Sequence record: NZ_CP040393.1
Length of the DNA: 64,000 nucleotides
Strand: one strand, 5' to 3'
Source of the DNA: a plasmid
Shown here: positions 50,355 to 60,442 of the stretch, piece after piece
Numbering within the stretch: the stretch's first letter is position 1
Layout of the letters: every line of letters begins with the position of its first letter
Program-made: the position numbers and the translations under genes
Notes under the pieces: model-generated
The model's input: the letters and a program-made list of their open reading frames with translations, nothing else
Database searches by the model: none
What the model was told of the DNA's origin: nothing

Positions 50355-50986
50355 CGCTATCCCGCAGACTGGTGGCCGTGCTCATCCTGACACTGTCCGC
50401 CAGTGCCGGGGCGAAAGATCTCGGCACCTGGGGGAATGTTTTTGAGCCGGCAGAACAGGACATGCTGGTCTTTATCCGGAACCGCCTGAAATCAATGGAG
50501 CAGAGTGGTGAACTGGATAAACTCAAAAACGAGGCCATTGAGCGCGTTAAACGCAACGCGGTCAGGCCACCCCCGGTGGCGGGTCTGACTCCCGCCCGTC
50601 AGTACCGCACCTTTAGTTTTGACCCCACCTTCACCGTCAACGAAACCATCACCGATATGAAGGGCAACATCATTGCCCGCAAGGGTGACAAGGTGAATCC
50701 GCTCGACCGTGTGCCCTACAGCCAGACGCTGTACTTCATCGACGGCGACAACCGTGATGAAGTGGCATGGATGAAAAAGCAGCTGCCCGGCGCCGGTGAT
50801 TTTAAGGTCATTCTGGTGAAGGGAAACATCAAGGAAACCAGCGATGCGCTTGATGAGCGCATTTATTTCGATCAGGCCGGCGTGCTGACAACGAAGTTTG
50901 GTTTTGAACACACGCCGGTGCGGATCACCCGCGATAACCGGGTACTGAAGGTGGAGGAAATACCCGTTACAGGAGCCAAAAAATGA
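50351..50986 (+). CDS. traW: TraW
   Basis: 211 aa. Signal peptide. Synteny. Confidence 0.8.
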   Translation: MTLSRRLVAVLILTLSASAGAKDLGTWGNVFEPAEQDMLVFIRNRLKSMEQSGELDKLKNEAIERVKRNAVRPPPVAGLTPARQYRTFSFDPTFTVNETITDMKGNIIARKGDKVNPLDRVPYSQTLYFIDGDNRDEVAWMKKQLPGAGDFKVILVKGNIKETSDALDERIYFDQAGVLTTKFGFEHTPVRITRDNRVLKVEEIPVTGAKK

Positions 50987-51345
50987 TGCTGCTGATAGTG
51001 TTGACTCTCCTCGTGGCGCTGCTTTCTTCCTGGTGGAGCATTGTCCTGTGCCCGGAAGAAGACCAGACCACAGGATTCTGGTGTGTCTGTTTCACCCTCA
51101 GCTTACAGATAGTGTCAGGCATAGTTTTCCGGGATGCCTGGGAAAAAGAACCCATCATTTTCCTCATGGCTGTTTCTTTTCTTCAGACATTCAATTTTAT
51201 GTCAGTCAGGTTTTCCCGTGCAGTTCGCGAAGGTTATCCCTCTTTCCGGAAGCTTAAACCGGTTATCCCGGCCGCACTTTTTTCCGGGATATTTACCCTG
51301 ACGATGTGGTCTTTTGCGGCGGCAATGGTTAATGGAACTCATTAA
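50983..51345 (+). CDS. Small polytopic membrane protein (120 aa), cargo. Paralog of 51493..51870
   Basis: Shares EKEPIIFLMAVSFLQ / AAEPILFFMAFMFCQ with its paralog. ATGA-coupled to traW. Confidence 0.5.
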   Translation: MMLLIVLTLLVALLSSWWSIVLCPEEDQTTGFWCVCFTLSLQIVSGIVFRDAWEKEPIIFLMAVSFLQTFNFMSVRFSRAVREGYPSFRKLKPVIPAALFSGIFTLTMWSFAAAMVNGTH

Positions 51346-51496
51346 GACCAGCTATGCGCCTGATGAATGCATCTACTTCGATCAGGCCGGTGTCCTGACC
51401 ACGAAATACGAGTTGGAGCACACCCCGGTGCGTATCACCCGTGACGGGCGTGTCCTTAAGGTAGATGAAATACTTTTACCGGAGGTAGCTAAATGA
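51314..51496 (+). pseudogene. Duplicated, diverged 3' fragment of traW (60 aa ORF)
   Basis: CIYFDQAGVLTTKYELEHTPVRITRDGRVLKVDEI aligns with the traW C-terminus RIYFDQAGVLTTKFGFEHTPVRITRDNRVLKVEEI. DNA identity is about 80%. Confidence 0.7.
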
Positions 51497-51870
51497 ATAC
51501 GGGTTATATTGCGATAGTTGAAACAGTGTTGTTAATACCGCTGGCGGTATGGGGCGTTGTCAGGCTGTGCAGGAAAGAGGATGCAAAGCTGGCAGTATTT
51601 GCCTCACTGGTTACATTATTTGTCCAGTGCGTTGCCATTTTTATATTTCGGGAATATATCGCTGCAGAACCCATTTTATTTTTCATGGCATTTATGTTTT
51701 GTCAGGCACTCGTTATTTTTCAAATGGAAACGGTGAAAAGGTTGCGGTTGCATTTTCTGTTTTTGCGTTCGCAACCTGTGGTCATCTCTGTCGGTATTAA
51801 CTCTCTCGCATACACCATTCCATGGTGGTTGTTAACGGGTTGTTTACTGAAGCGGTTTAGTGCGATGTAA
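51493..51870 (+). CDS. Small polytopic membrane protein (125 aa), cargo. Paralog of 50983..51345
   Basis: Same relationship to the traW' fragment as 50983 has to traW. Confidence 0.5.
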   Translation: MNTGYIAIVETVLLIPLAVWGVVRLCRKEDAKLAVFASLVTLFVQCVAIFIFREYIAAEPILFFMAFMFCQALVIFQMETVKRLRLHFLFLRSQPVVISVGINSLAYTIPWWLLTGCLLKRFSAM

Positions 51871-52219
51871 TGACGCCAGCAATTGTGCTGCCGAGTGTAT
51901 AAGCAAGGAAAAGCACAAGAAAACAGCCAACCACACCCCAAAGGTAACGAAAATAATTAAAGTGTCTGGAATTTTCGAATGTATTCTCAATAGTTAATAA
52001 GCTTCGGTTTATGATGTTTACGTACCACAAAATAATTAATAAGGAAACAAGGAGTGATATTGCCAGAAATAAACCATCAATAAAGTCCGGAGTGGGTAGT
52101 AACCGTTTTATAGTAATAATGATAAGCGTCATGATGGATGTTGCGGTCAGTGTATCCCGCAGTATATCCCTGAATGCGTCAAGGAAACGGTTATCGCTAA
52201 ATTCAGCCAGTATACGCAT
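51857..52219 (-). CDS. Membrane protein (120 aa), convergent cargo gene
   Basis: AT-rich, with three hydrophobic helices. Confidence 0.45.
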   Translation of the reverse strand: MRILAEFSDNRFLDAFRDILRDTLTATSIMTLIIITIKRLLPTPDFIDGLFLAISLLVSLLIILWYVNIINRSLLTIENTFENSRHFNYFRYLWGVVGCFLVLFLAYTLGSTIAGVITSH

Positions 52220-52320
52220 TTAATTAACTCCATTTATTCATCACCCCGACATCGTACCTGTACATCGTTTTTGTGTCGTGTTGAAAATCGAAGCCACTTT
52301 AAAATATTGCAGGAGATAAA

Positions 52321-52581
52321 ATGACAGCGACAGTTATGAGCGCAGCTGATTCATGTTCCCGTAAGGGGAAACCAGTGCGCGTCAGCGGAAATGACCTCAA
52401 AGAAATCTATCCTGAGCTGGACAGCTGGGCCAGCCCACTGGTTACCAAAGCGTTCGTCGGCTGGCAGCGCGCCACCGGGGTGACCGTCGATGAACCGCAG
52501 AAACGTGATGAACGTTTCCCGGCTTTCTTGCTGACGGTGATGCTCGATAAGCACAAGGAGAGCTTACATGAACGTGTATGA
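52321..52581 (+). CDS. Hypothetical protein (86 aa), first gene of a four-gene cargo operon
   Basis: ggagataaaATG RBS. It overlaps the next gene. Confidence 0.45.
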   Translation: MTATVMSAADSCSRKGKPVRVSGNDLKEIYPELDSWASPLVTKAFVGWQRATGVTVDEPQKRDERFPAFLLTVMLDKHKESLHERV

Positions 52582-53575
52582 GTTTCCCCTGACGAATGCC
52601 TGGCCCTGCACCTTCAATATCATGCTGGGTATGGCTACGCTTCTGATGCTGGTAGGCCTGGTGCTGGAGATAAAGAAGAAGTCAGAGGGCAGCAAAAAAC
52701 CTGAAGCGGAATGGCGCTATGGCATGCCGGTTGATGAACGACCGGGCGGAAAACAGACAGATATGACCACCGCCATGTATCTCTGGCAGCAGAGCGGCAT
52801 CAACTGCACGCTAAGGATGCTGAAAAGTCTGGAAGCTGCACTGAATGAGGCAGGCTATGGTCTGGCCCGCTCAACCGTACCCGCCTGCTATACCATCTCC
52901 CCGGAAGAGATGTTACCCCATCTGCGACGGCAGGTTGTCTGCGCCTTACTGCGTGCCCGTGAAAAGTTCTGGGCACCGGCACAGTCTGAAACCGGAACGG
53001 AGGATCTGGTCAGGCTGGCCATGTCGTCAGGCTTCGGGGACAGGATGCTGGATGACCTGCTGGAGAACCTCCGCAACCTGGGCTGGGTGCTACAGAAAAT
53101 CCGCTCAGACCGGGAGCTTTATGCGTATCCCCTGCAACAGGTGGTGGTGAAAATCACTGGCCGCTATGACGCTTGCCGCGATGACATGCTCCAGTGTCTG
53201 CAGGAAGCGGTCATCCATGCCCTGACCGGTGAAGAAAACACCCTTCCCGAAAACCACGGCACATTCAGGGGAAAAGGCAGCAACATCCGGTATGAGATAA
53301 CCCGTCAGGAACGCCGGTCACCACCGGGTTTCTTCCCCGAACACACCCCGGAGAAACTGCCGTCCGCGCTCACCGATGAGATGCACCGTTTCAATGCCAG
53401 CCTGCGGAACCACATTGTGGTCCTGCTGCAGTGCACCCGAAACTGCACACCCGACATGCTGCCATCGCTGACTGAACGGGTCGCCAGACAACTGACGGAG
53501 GGCCGGAACGAGGGCGTGATGGACGATGACGACACCGGCTATGCCTTCGCCTGCCAGGGCAGGTGTTTCGACTGA
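52568..53575 (+). CDS. Hypothetical protein (335 aa) with an N-terminal TM segment
   Basis: Overlapping start and stop with its neighbours. No motif. Confidence 0.5.
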   Translation: MNVYEFPLTNAWPCTFNIMLGMATLLMLVGLVLEIKKKSEGSKKPEAEWRYGMPVDERPGGKQTDMTTAMYLWQQSGINCTLRMLKSLEAALNEAGYGLARSTVPACYTISPEEMLPHLRRQVVCALLRAREKFWAPAQSETGTEDLVRLAMSSGFGDRMLDDLLENLRNLGWVLQKIRSDRELYAYPLQQVVVKITGRYDACRDDMLQCLQEAVIHALTGEENTLPENHGTFRGKGSNIRYEITRQERRSPPGFFPEHTPEKLPSALTDEMHRFNASLRNHIVVLLQCTRNCTPDMLPSLTERVARQLTEGRNEGVMDDDDTGYAFACQGRCFD

Positions 53576-53805
53576 CCGATCACATGATTAAAGGTAGCCC
53601 TATGCAAAAAGTACACGGCGGGGCAGAAACAAAAATGATCTCGTCTGTCAGGCACAATGCGGATTCAGATTCCTGGCTGAACGACATTCTGAGAGATAAC
53701 CCGCTCTACACCACGTCCGTTGTTATCCGTGGCGCACTTCTGGCGCTGCACCGTATGGATAAAGAAACGCGCGCGCAGTTCATCATTGAAGCTGCTGACC
53801 GCTGA
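53563..53805 (+). CDS. Hypothetical small protein (about 67-80 aa)
   Basis: Overlaps the previous gene end. The internal Met at MQKV has an RBS. Confidence 0.4.
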   Translation: MFRLTDHMIKGSPMQKVHGGAETKMISSVRHNADSDSWLNDILRDNPLYTTSVVIRGALLALHRMDKETRAQFIIEAADR

Positions 53806-53837
53806 GTCCTGACCTGTTAACGCCCTCCTGCCAGCCG

Positions 53838-54218
53838 GTGGCCGTGGCAATCTTCTTTCCGAGGCAAACTATGAAACATCCTGAATCTGTCGGGCCGCTG
53901 CCGGTCGTCCGTACGATTGATGGTTACTGGTGCCATCCCGCGCTTGACCATTTTTACGCAGGCCGGGAATACGTCCGGCCTTCTGAATACCATGACTGGC
54001 TGGCCAGGCACGGTCTTGAAGAGTCCCTGGTGTACCTTGACGACGACGAGGACTCACCGGCCGCAAGGGAATATGCAGAAAAAGCCGCGTTTACCCGCTG
54101 GCAACCCCCTGTTCCTGACGGGAATGGCTGGTTCATCGGGGCCATCTTCGATGGTGAGGACTATGGCCCCACCTGTATCTGGTTCCGTCAGCGGGAGGTG
54201 TCATGCGTCGCCAACTGA
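53838..54218 (+). CDS. Hypothetical protein (about 115-126 aa) with an acidic DDDEDSPAARE stretch
   Basis: ORF ending 15 bp inside the traU start. Confidence 0.45.
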   Translation: MAVAIFFPRQTMKHPESVGPLPVVRTIDGYWCHPALDHFYAGREYVRPSEYHDWLARHGLEESLVYLDDDEDSPAAREYAEKAAFTRWQPPVPDGNGWFIGAIFDGEDYGPTCIWFRQREVSCVAN

Positions 54219-55207
54219 GGATACTGTGTTTTTTCATCGGCCTGGTTTTCGCCGGGATGTTGCTGCCGGCATCTCCGGCCGCTGCCAGTGATGCCGGTGA
54301 CGGCCGCTGGGTCAATCCGATATCCGATGTGTGCTGGAAATGCCTGTTCCCCATGACGCTTGGCAGCATCCAGCTTGCCTCCGGGCCTCAACCGGACACA
54401 TCAAACCCGTCCATTCCCCTCCAGATATGCTCCTATGGCGTGCTTTACCGGATTGGACTGGCCATCGGGTACTGGGAGCCTACCGCCATGACGGATGTGA
54501 CGCGGGAGCCGGGCGTGATGGTCAACATGGGCGGGTTCAAAATCGATCTCGGGCGTACCGGTACAGGAACAGCCGGGCAAAGTGACAGGCCGGCAGCGGG
54601 CGCGTTTTATCATGTGCACTGGTACAAGTACCCCCTGATATCCTGGCTCAACATCATGACCAGCATCGGCTGCTTTCAGGGGGGCGATATGGATATCGCC
54701 TATCTGTCCGAAGTTGACCCCCTCTGGAACGACAGTACGCTCTCGATGCTGATTAACCCGGAGGCCGCACTGTTCGGCAACCTTGTCGCCCAGGCGGCCT
54801 GCGCGGCTGATGCCGTATCCAGTTCCGTGGGTTATCCGCTTGCTCCACTTTTCTGGTGTGCCGGCAGCCAGGGTTCCATGTATCCCTTTACGGGGTATAC
54901 CAGCGGCGAATTCTCACCCCTGGAATCCTCCCTGCTGGTCAGTGAGCGTATGGCATTCAAGCTGCACCGGGAAGGACTGGTGATGAACACCGTGGGGGCG
55001 GATTATGCCGTCTGTTACGAATACCCGTCCCCGATCGTTCCCAAAGAACGGTGGCGCTACCAGATGGTGAACATGTATCCCGAAACATCCAATTGCCACG
55101 CTTTCGGTGCCAGTACCCAGACGTGGGGGACACCGCATAACTCCCCTGAATCGAAGAAAAACTTCGGCTGGCTGCTGTGGCGAAAGCGTAACTGCGTTTA
55201 CCTGTGA
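54203..55207 (+). CDS. traU: TraU
   Basis: 334 aa. Signal peptide followed by the conserved WVNPISDVCWKCLFP region. Confidence 0.85.
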   Translation: MRRQLRILCFFIGLVFAGMLLPASPAAASDAGDGRWVNPISDVCWKCLFPMTLGSIQLASGPQPDTSNPSIPLQICSYGVLYRIGLAIGYWEPTAMTDVTREPGVMVNMGGFKIDLGRTGTGTAGQSDRPAAGAFYHVHWYKYPLISWLNIMTSIGCFQGGDMDIAYLSEVDPLWNDSTLSMLINPEAALFGNLVAQAACAADAVSSSVGYPLAPLFWCAGSQGSMYPFTGYTSGEFSPLESSLLVSERMAFKLHREGLVMNTVGADYAVCYEYPSPIVPKERWRYQMVNMYPETSNCHAFGASTQTWGTPHNSPESKKNFGWLLWRKRNCVYL

Positions 55208-55216
55208 GGTTCCCTG

Positions 55217-55825
55217 ATGAAAAAAATACTCTTCCGGGCGCTGCTGGCCAGCAGCCTGGTAATTTGCCTGTCCGCCGCCGCGAGTGAACAGGCCGGTGTG
55301 TCCGCGAATGATCGGGCCTGGATGAAACAACAGCAGGATGCTTTGCAGGCCTTTAAAGAGAGTCTGAAAGACCCGTCGCTGTCGTTGCCGCCCGCGCAGC
55401 AGGATCGCGTCACCCGCCTGCAGCAGGGGATCGCAAAAGACCAGCCTGATACAGAGAAGAAAACGTTTCCAGCCATCTACTTTGTCAGCCTGGGACTGCC
55501 CCGCGAAGGCCTTCTGCCGATGCTGCAGGACGCGCATCGCTACGGCATACCCGCGACGATTCGCGGGCTTCTTAACAACGATTTGCGGCAGACGGCAAAC
55601 GCCATGTTTCAGCTGACCAAAGAGGATAAAAACATCGGCGTGCAGGTCGACCCGACGTTGTTCACCGATTACCATATCACCGCGATTCCGGCGCTGGTTG
55701 TGAACTGTCCGGGCCATTCCGATGTGATTCGCGGCAGTCTGCCGCTTAAACAGGCGCTGGAAAAAGTGGCCGGGCACGGCGACTGTGCAGCCACCGCGCG
55801 CCGGTTGCTGGAGGCATCCCGATGA
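55217..55825 (+). CDS. trbC: TrbC
   Basis: 202 aa. Signal peptide. Synteny. Confidence 0.7.
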   Translation: MKKILFRALLASSLVICLSAAASEQAGVSANDRAWMKQQQDALQAFKESLKDPSLSLPPAQQDRVTRLQQGIAKDQPDTEKKTFPAIYFVSLGLPREGLLPMLQDAHRYGIPATIRGLLNNDLRQTANAMFQLTKEDKNIGVQVDPTLFTDYHITAIPALVVNCPGHSDVIRGSLPLKQALEKVAGHGDCAATARRLLEASR

Positions 55826-57666
55826 AGCGATTCATTATTCCTGCGGCGCTGCTGTTTGCCGGCGGCGCGCTCGCCGATGCAAACAGTGATGCGTTTAATG
55901 CCGGCGCAGGTTTTGGCAAGGGCAATTCGTCACAGGGCACGTCATCGCTCAGCAATCCCGGCGCAGTGACAGGAAGCATTCCCGGCTATACAAGCAGTCC
56001 GCCCGAAAGTGGCTATTACGGGGGTGTCACCGGGGGAGACGGCGGGCTGAGTGACAAAGGGCAGCAGGCACTACAGAACAACGATGCCGGACAGACTGTT
56101 ATTGATTCCGGGACGAAAAACCCGTCACCGGTTATTGATCCGGATGCACCTTATATCACCATCGGAAAGGGTGCCGAAAGTACCGCCGGCAGCGTTCTGG
56201 ACGGAACCGGTTCGCAGTGCACATCAACAACGGTATCCAAATCGACCTTTGAAAACTACACCTGCGACAGGGATGTGGCGGTGATCCAGACCTGTGGCCG
56301 CACGGCATCCATTACCGGCTCATATCAGGATAATTACACGTATAACACCGTCACTATCGATTCGGATAACCTGGATGTCAGTAGCTATCAGGTCAACTGG
56401 CCCATGCCTGCGGGCACCGTTTACTCCGCGAGCATGACCTACACCTTCAGAAAAGACCAGGTGCACAGTAATGGCCTGCTGTATCTGAATATCACCGCAC
56501 TCGGTCAGTTTATGACCATGTATGACAACGCAGGCTCTTACAATATTCCCGGAGGTCAGACGTTCACGCAGGGCCAGAATCTGACCATTACCTTTGGCAA
56601 CCATGATAATAACAAAGACGTCATCCCGGCGGCATGGACACAGGGAAGGCCTTATCAGATATATCATTTTGTCATCACCATTGTATTTCGTACCGGCACC
56701 CGCGTGTGGGTGCCGCAGACGACCTGGTCAGAAAGCTGCGGTTTTGACAAAACGAAAGCGCTTTCCCGCGCGGGGAGTGTCTGTACGGACCCGGGCGGGA
56801 CAAGGACGATTACGGTGGATGGCAAGCAGTACAGTCAGACCAGCAGCTGCTGGGCGTATACCGATTCGTATGTGACGGCCACCGACTCAAAAGGCAACTG
56901 CGCGTCGCTGATGAGTGACCCGGCCTGCACGCTTTCCGGCCATACCTGTACCACCACAGAATCCGGCGTCTGCACTCACCAGTCGGAAACGTACCAGTGC
57001 CAGAAAACGTATTCCTCCAGTGGTCTGGTCTGCGGGGGCCAGTATTTCTGTAAGACCGGGGACTGCAGCGATACGGACGGTACCGGTGACAGTGGTTTTG
57101 ATACGGCGGTCGCCAAACTTGCGGGTCTTGCCTCTGCGGGGGACGACATTGTTAAAGACCAGGTCAACGTTAAGGCATTTACGGGCCAGGCCATGAGCTG
57201 CCGCAAGGCATTTGCCGGGTTTTCCAACTGCTGCAAGGATTCCGGATGGGGTTCCGATGCCGGGCTGGCCTCCTGTAACAGTGACGAGATGGCGCTGGGT
57301 AAAGCGAAGGCCAAAAAAGTCACGGTCAGTGTGGGTGACCGCTGTGATCACCAGGTCCTCGGTGTGTGCGTCCAGAAAAGTCAGGTGTACTGCGTTTTCG
57401 GTGGAAAACTGGCGCGCATCATTCAGGAGCAGGGGCGTCGTGATCAGCTGGGTGTCAGTTTCGGCAGCGGAGACAGCCCCAACTGCAGCGGTATCACGGT
57501 GCCACAGCTGCAGAGTATCAATTTTGACCTGATCAACTTCTCCGACTTCTACTCTGACCTGATAAACAACCAGAAAATACCGGACTCCGGTGTGATGGTT
57601 CAGCAAATCAAGGACAAAATCGCCGCCCAGGTACAGCAGCAACAGAGCAGCGGAGGGGCAAAATGA
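55822..57666 (+). CDS. traN: TraN mating-pair stabilisation protein
   Basis: 614 aa. Cys-rich C-terminal half. Signal peptide. Confidence 0.85.
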   Translation: MKRFIIPAALLFAGGALADANSDAFNAGAGFGKGNSSQGTSSLSNPGAVTGSIPGYTSSPPESGYYGGVTGGDGGLSDKGQQALQNNDAGQTVIDSGTKNPSPVIDPDAPYITIGKGAESTAGSVLDGTGSQCTSTTVSKSTFENYTCDRDVAVIQTCGRTASITGSYQDNYTYNTVTIDSDNLDVSSYQVNWPMPAGTVYSASMTYTFRKDQVHSNGLLYLNITALGQFMTMYDNAGSYNIPGGQTFTQGQNLTITFGNHDNNKDVIPAAWTQGRPYQIYHFVITIVFRTGTRVWVPQTTWSESCGFDKTKALSRAGSVCTDPGGTRTITVDGKQYSQTSSCWAYTDSYVTATDSKGNCASLMSDPACTLSGHTCTTTESGVCTHQSETYQCQKTYSSSGLVCGGQYFCKTGDCSDTDGTGDSGFDTAVAKLAGLASAGDDIVKDQVNVKAFTGQAMSCRKAFAGFSNCCKDSGWGSDAGLASCNSDEMALGKAKAKKVTVSVGDRCDHQVLGVCVQKSQVYCVFGGKLARIIQEQGRRDQLGVSFGSGDSPNCSGITVPQLQSINFDLINFSDFYSDLINNQKIPDSGVMVQQIKDKIAAQVQQQQSSGGAK

Positions 57667-58451
57667 TAAAACGTCTCCTTCCTCTGCTGATGGTGGTTCT
57701 GGCGCTGCCGGCAACCGGCGAGGAAATCATTCCGCCGGCGACACCGTTCACCGGCTGGTCCTGGTACAACGAACCGAAAACGCCCCCGAAACCGGAACCT
57801 GCGCCTTCGCATGATCAGCCTGAAAAACCGGATATTCCGGACTTCAGCAAAATGTCAGCGGTCGAGCAGGCAAAGGTGCTGAAGGCTTACACAAGGGAGG
57901 CGCTTAACCGCGCCATCCTGTACCCGACGCGGGAAAACACAGCGACGTACCTGAAGTGGCAGAAGTTCTGGACTGACCGCAGCTCGATGTTCAGTCAGTC
58001 CTTTGCCGCTGCGCAGCTGACGCACCCGGAACTGGATTACAACCTGGAATACCCGCACTACAACAGCATGGCCCCGCTGGTTCAGACCCGCGACCAGCAA
58101 CAGCGCCAGCAGGCCATTGCAGATCTGGGGCAGCAGTACGGCCTGTTTTACTTCTACCGGGGAAGTGATCCGATTGACACGCAGATGGCCGGGGTGGTGG
58201 CCGATTTTGCGAAAGCAAACCATCTGTCGCTGATCCCGGTCTCGGTTGACGGGCAGGTGGCGACTTCTTTGCCGGATTCCCGTCCGGACACCGGACAGGT
58301 ACAGGCGATGCGGATCACGCATTTCCCGGCGCTGTTCCTCGTTGACCCGCGTAACCGTGATTACCAGCCGCTGGTTTACGGGTTCATGACGCAGGATGAC
58401 CTGGCCAGACGCTTCCTGAACGTATCAACAGGTTTCAAACCTAATTTCTGA
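57663..58451 (+). CDS. traF: TraF
   Basis: 262 aa. Signal peptide. Thioredoxin-like fold region. Synteny. Confidence 0.75.
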   Translation: MIKRLLPLLMVVLALPATGEEIIPPATPFTGWSWYNEPKTPPKPEPAPSHDQPEKPDIPDFSKMSAVEQAKVLKAYTREALNRAILYPTRENTATYLKWQKFWTDRSSMFSQSFAAAQLTHPELDYNLEYPHYNSMAPLVQTRDQQQRQQAIADLGQQYGLFYFYRGSDPIDTQMAGVVADFAKANHLSLIPVSVDGQVATSLPDSRPDTGQVQAMRITHFPALFLVDPRNRDYQPLVYGFMTQDDLARRFLNVSTGFKPNF

Positions 58452-58459
58452 GGTTCTCC

Positions 58460-58939
58460 ATGAATAATATCGTAACCGGGCGCACCCTGCGCCCGCTTCG
58501 CCGTGCCGTCTTTTTCAGTTTTGTCACCGCGCCGGCACTGGCTCTCTTTTTTATGTTTATTTACCTGACCTTCAATAACTCACTCGCGGGGACGTTTCTG
58601 GACGAAGCCCGTAGTCTGGTTGCCGGCACGCCTGCAGACAAAGTGCGGGTGTGCGCGCCTCCCCTTAACACAGCAGGAGAAGGGCGAGTTACGCCGCCTG
58701 TCCTGAAACCCAGTTGTGAGCCGGTACTGACGGATGCAGCCGACTGGCAACGGTCGGCAGACAGCAGTATCCGGGATGCTTACAAAACTCTGGTCATCCT
58801 TGGCGCGTTCATATGGTGGCTCTGTAATGACATAACCGGATTTGAAGACACTGCGCACTGGCTGAAGGGGAAGGTCATGAAAATTAACGCTGTCCGGCGT
58901 GCAGTTCAGGGCGGGCATGGCAAACAGGATAAGGAATGA
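58460..58939 (+). CDS. Membrane protein in the trbA position (159 aa)
   Basis: Positional. Two TM helices. Confidence 0.4.
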   Translation: MNNIVTGRTLRPLRRAVFFSFVTAPALALFFMFIYLTFNNSLAGTFLDEARSLVAGTPADKVRVCAPPLNTAGEGRVTPPVLKPSCEPVLTDAADWQRSADSSIRDAYKTLVILGAFIWWLCNDITGFEDTAHWLKGKVMKINAVRRAVQGGHGKQDKE

Positions 58940-58940
58940 A

Positions 58941-59168
58941 ATGATGAAACCTCTTTCCCTGTCAGAAATTGTCGTCATCTTCTTTGCCGGCATCCTGTTC
59001 AAATGCCTCGGCGATATCACCGGTGTGTACCCCCATCTGTCACAGCTGATGTGCCTGTGGGGGAGCTATCTTCTCATGGCATTCGCGGGTCTGCTTCTCG
59101 CCTGTAACCGTTGGTGGTACTGGCGACACCGCCACGACGTTCCCCCGGAGGCGTCAGATGAAAAGTAG
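58941..59168 (+). CDS. traQ: TraQ-like small membrane protein (75 aa)
   Basis: aagga RBS. Two TM helices. Position before trbB. Confidence 0.5.
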   Translation: MMKPLSLSEIVVIFFAGILFKCLGDITGVYPHLSQLMCLWGSYLLMAFAGLLLACNRWWYWRHRHDVPPEASDEK

Positions 59169-59757
59169 CGCCCTTTCCGTTCTCCTGCTCCTTTTCCCCC
59201 TGCTGGCCAGTGCCGGCGCGCGGGAAGAAATCGCCGCCATCGATGCCGCCAAAGCCACGCAGTCACAGCCCGTTGCCGGCACAGTGAAACCCGCCACGGC
59301 AACACCGGTGCTGATGCAGCTGCCGGACGGGCGGCGTGCCGATATGGCGGATTATGTGGTGGTGGTCTTCATGCAGTCCCACTGTCAGTACAGTGCGAAG
59401 TTTGACCCCGACCTGAAGCGCTGGGCGGATGAGCATCGTATCCGCGTGTATCCCTACACCCTGGACGGCGGCGGGGATGCATCGTTCCCGGTGCCGCTGA
59501 TACCGCGTAAAACCGACCCGGCATCGCCGCTGGCGGATGAAATCATGACGTTCTTTGGCAACGGTCTGCCAATCGCCACGCCGACGGCCTTTATGGTGAA
59601 TGTCCACACCCTGAAAGCGTACCCGCTGACGCAGGGGGTGATGGATATCACCACACTGGAAAACCGCTACGCCAGCCTGATTCAGGCAGATATGGATCAG
59701 GTCGACCCCCGTTCACTTCCTCCCATGCCGGCGAACGCACAGGTTACGCCGCAGTAA
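59158..59757 (+). CDS. trbB: TrbB-like periplasmic protein (DsbC-like; the CxxC motif is not intact)
   Basis: Signal peptide. 199 aa. Synteny. Confidence 0.5.
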   Translation: MKSSALSVLLLLFPLLASAGAREEIAAIDAAKATQSQPVAGTVKPATATPVLMQLPDGRRADMADYVVVVFMQSHCQYSAKFDPDLKRWADEHRIRVYPYTLDGGGDASFPVPLIPRKTDPASPLADEIMTFFGNGLPIATPTAFMVNVHTLKAYPLTQGVMDITTLENRYASLIQADMDQVDPRSLPPMPANAQVTPQ

Positions 59758-59774
59758 TACAGACGGACTACAGA

Positions 59775-60041
59775 ATGAATACATCCATGTATGCGTTAAC
59801 GCATTCCGGGCGCGCGTGCCTGCTGTTTGCCGTGGCGTTTCTCGCCTCTGCAACTCTCTACGGTCTCTTCGCATTTCGCGTGGTACGCGCGATGAGAGGG
59901 GACGTCATTGTTACCGTTCTCCAGGACTGTCCGGTTCTGGTGCTGGTTTCGTTAAGTGTCGGTTTTATCAGGACCGGCGTGGGGCATTATGCCATCCGGC
60001 AGTGCTTCCGGGGTGAGGGTTTCAGGGAGGAAAAACGATGA
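59775..60041 (+). CDS. TrbJ-like small membrane protein
   Basis: Position and size. Confidence 0.4.
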   Translation: MNTSMYALTHSGRACLLFAVAFLASATLYGLFAFRVVRAMRGDVIVTVLQDCPVLVLVSLSVGFIRTGVGHYAIRQCFRGEGFREEKR

Positions 60042-60442
60042 AAGCAAAAATCCTTAACCGGGTGGAACAGTGTTATGACGCGCTCTGCCTAACCTGGTTA
60101 TCCGTCCGGCAGTACATAAAGAAATGGTGCATTGCCTCCTTTTTCATTCTTGTCGCACTGCTTGTGGCCGATTACGAATATGAAAACTTCGCCTGCCATC
60201 ATTTACAGGCGTATATCACCGGCGACCCCTCACTGACCGGCAGCGAACGCTTTGCACTCAGGGCACTGCTTTTTTACCCGTCTTATTTGTTCAGATCGTT
60301 TATGTGCGGTGCTTACGTGGTTTTCGTCATGACTTTACTCTGCTTCGTATTCTTCTATGGCAGCAGGGAGCGTATGCAGAAACGCACACTGACGGCGCAG
60401 AAATCGAGTACAGACACAACACCGGAGGTGGCTGATGTTTAA
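60038..60442 (+). CDS. TrbF-like membrane protein
   Basis: Position and size. Confidence 0.4.
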   Translation: MKAKILNRVEQCYDALCLTWLSVRQYIKKWCIASFFILVALLVADYEYENFACHHLQAYITGDPSLTGSERFALRALLFYPSYLFRSFMCGAYVVFVMTLLCFVFFYGSRERMQKRTLTAQKSSTDTTPEVADV

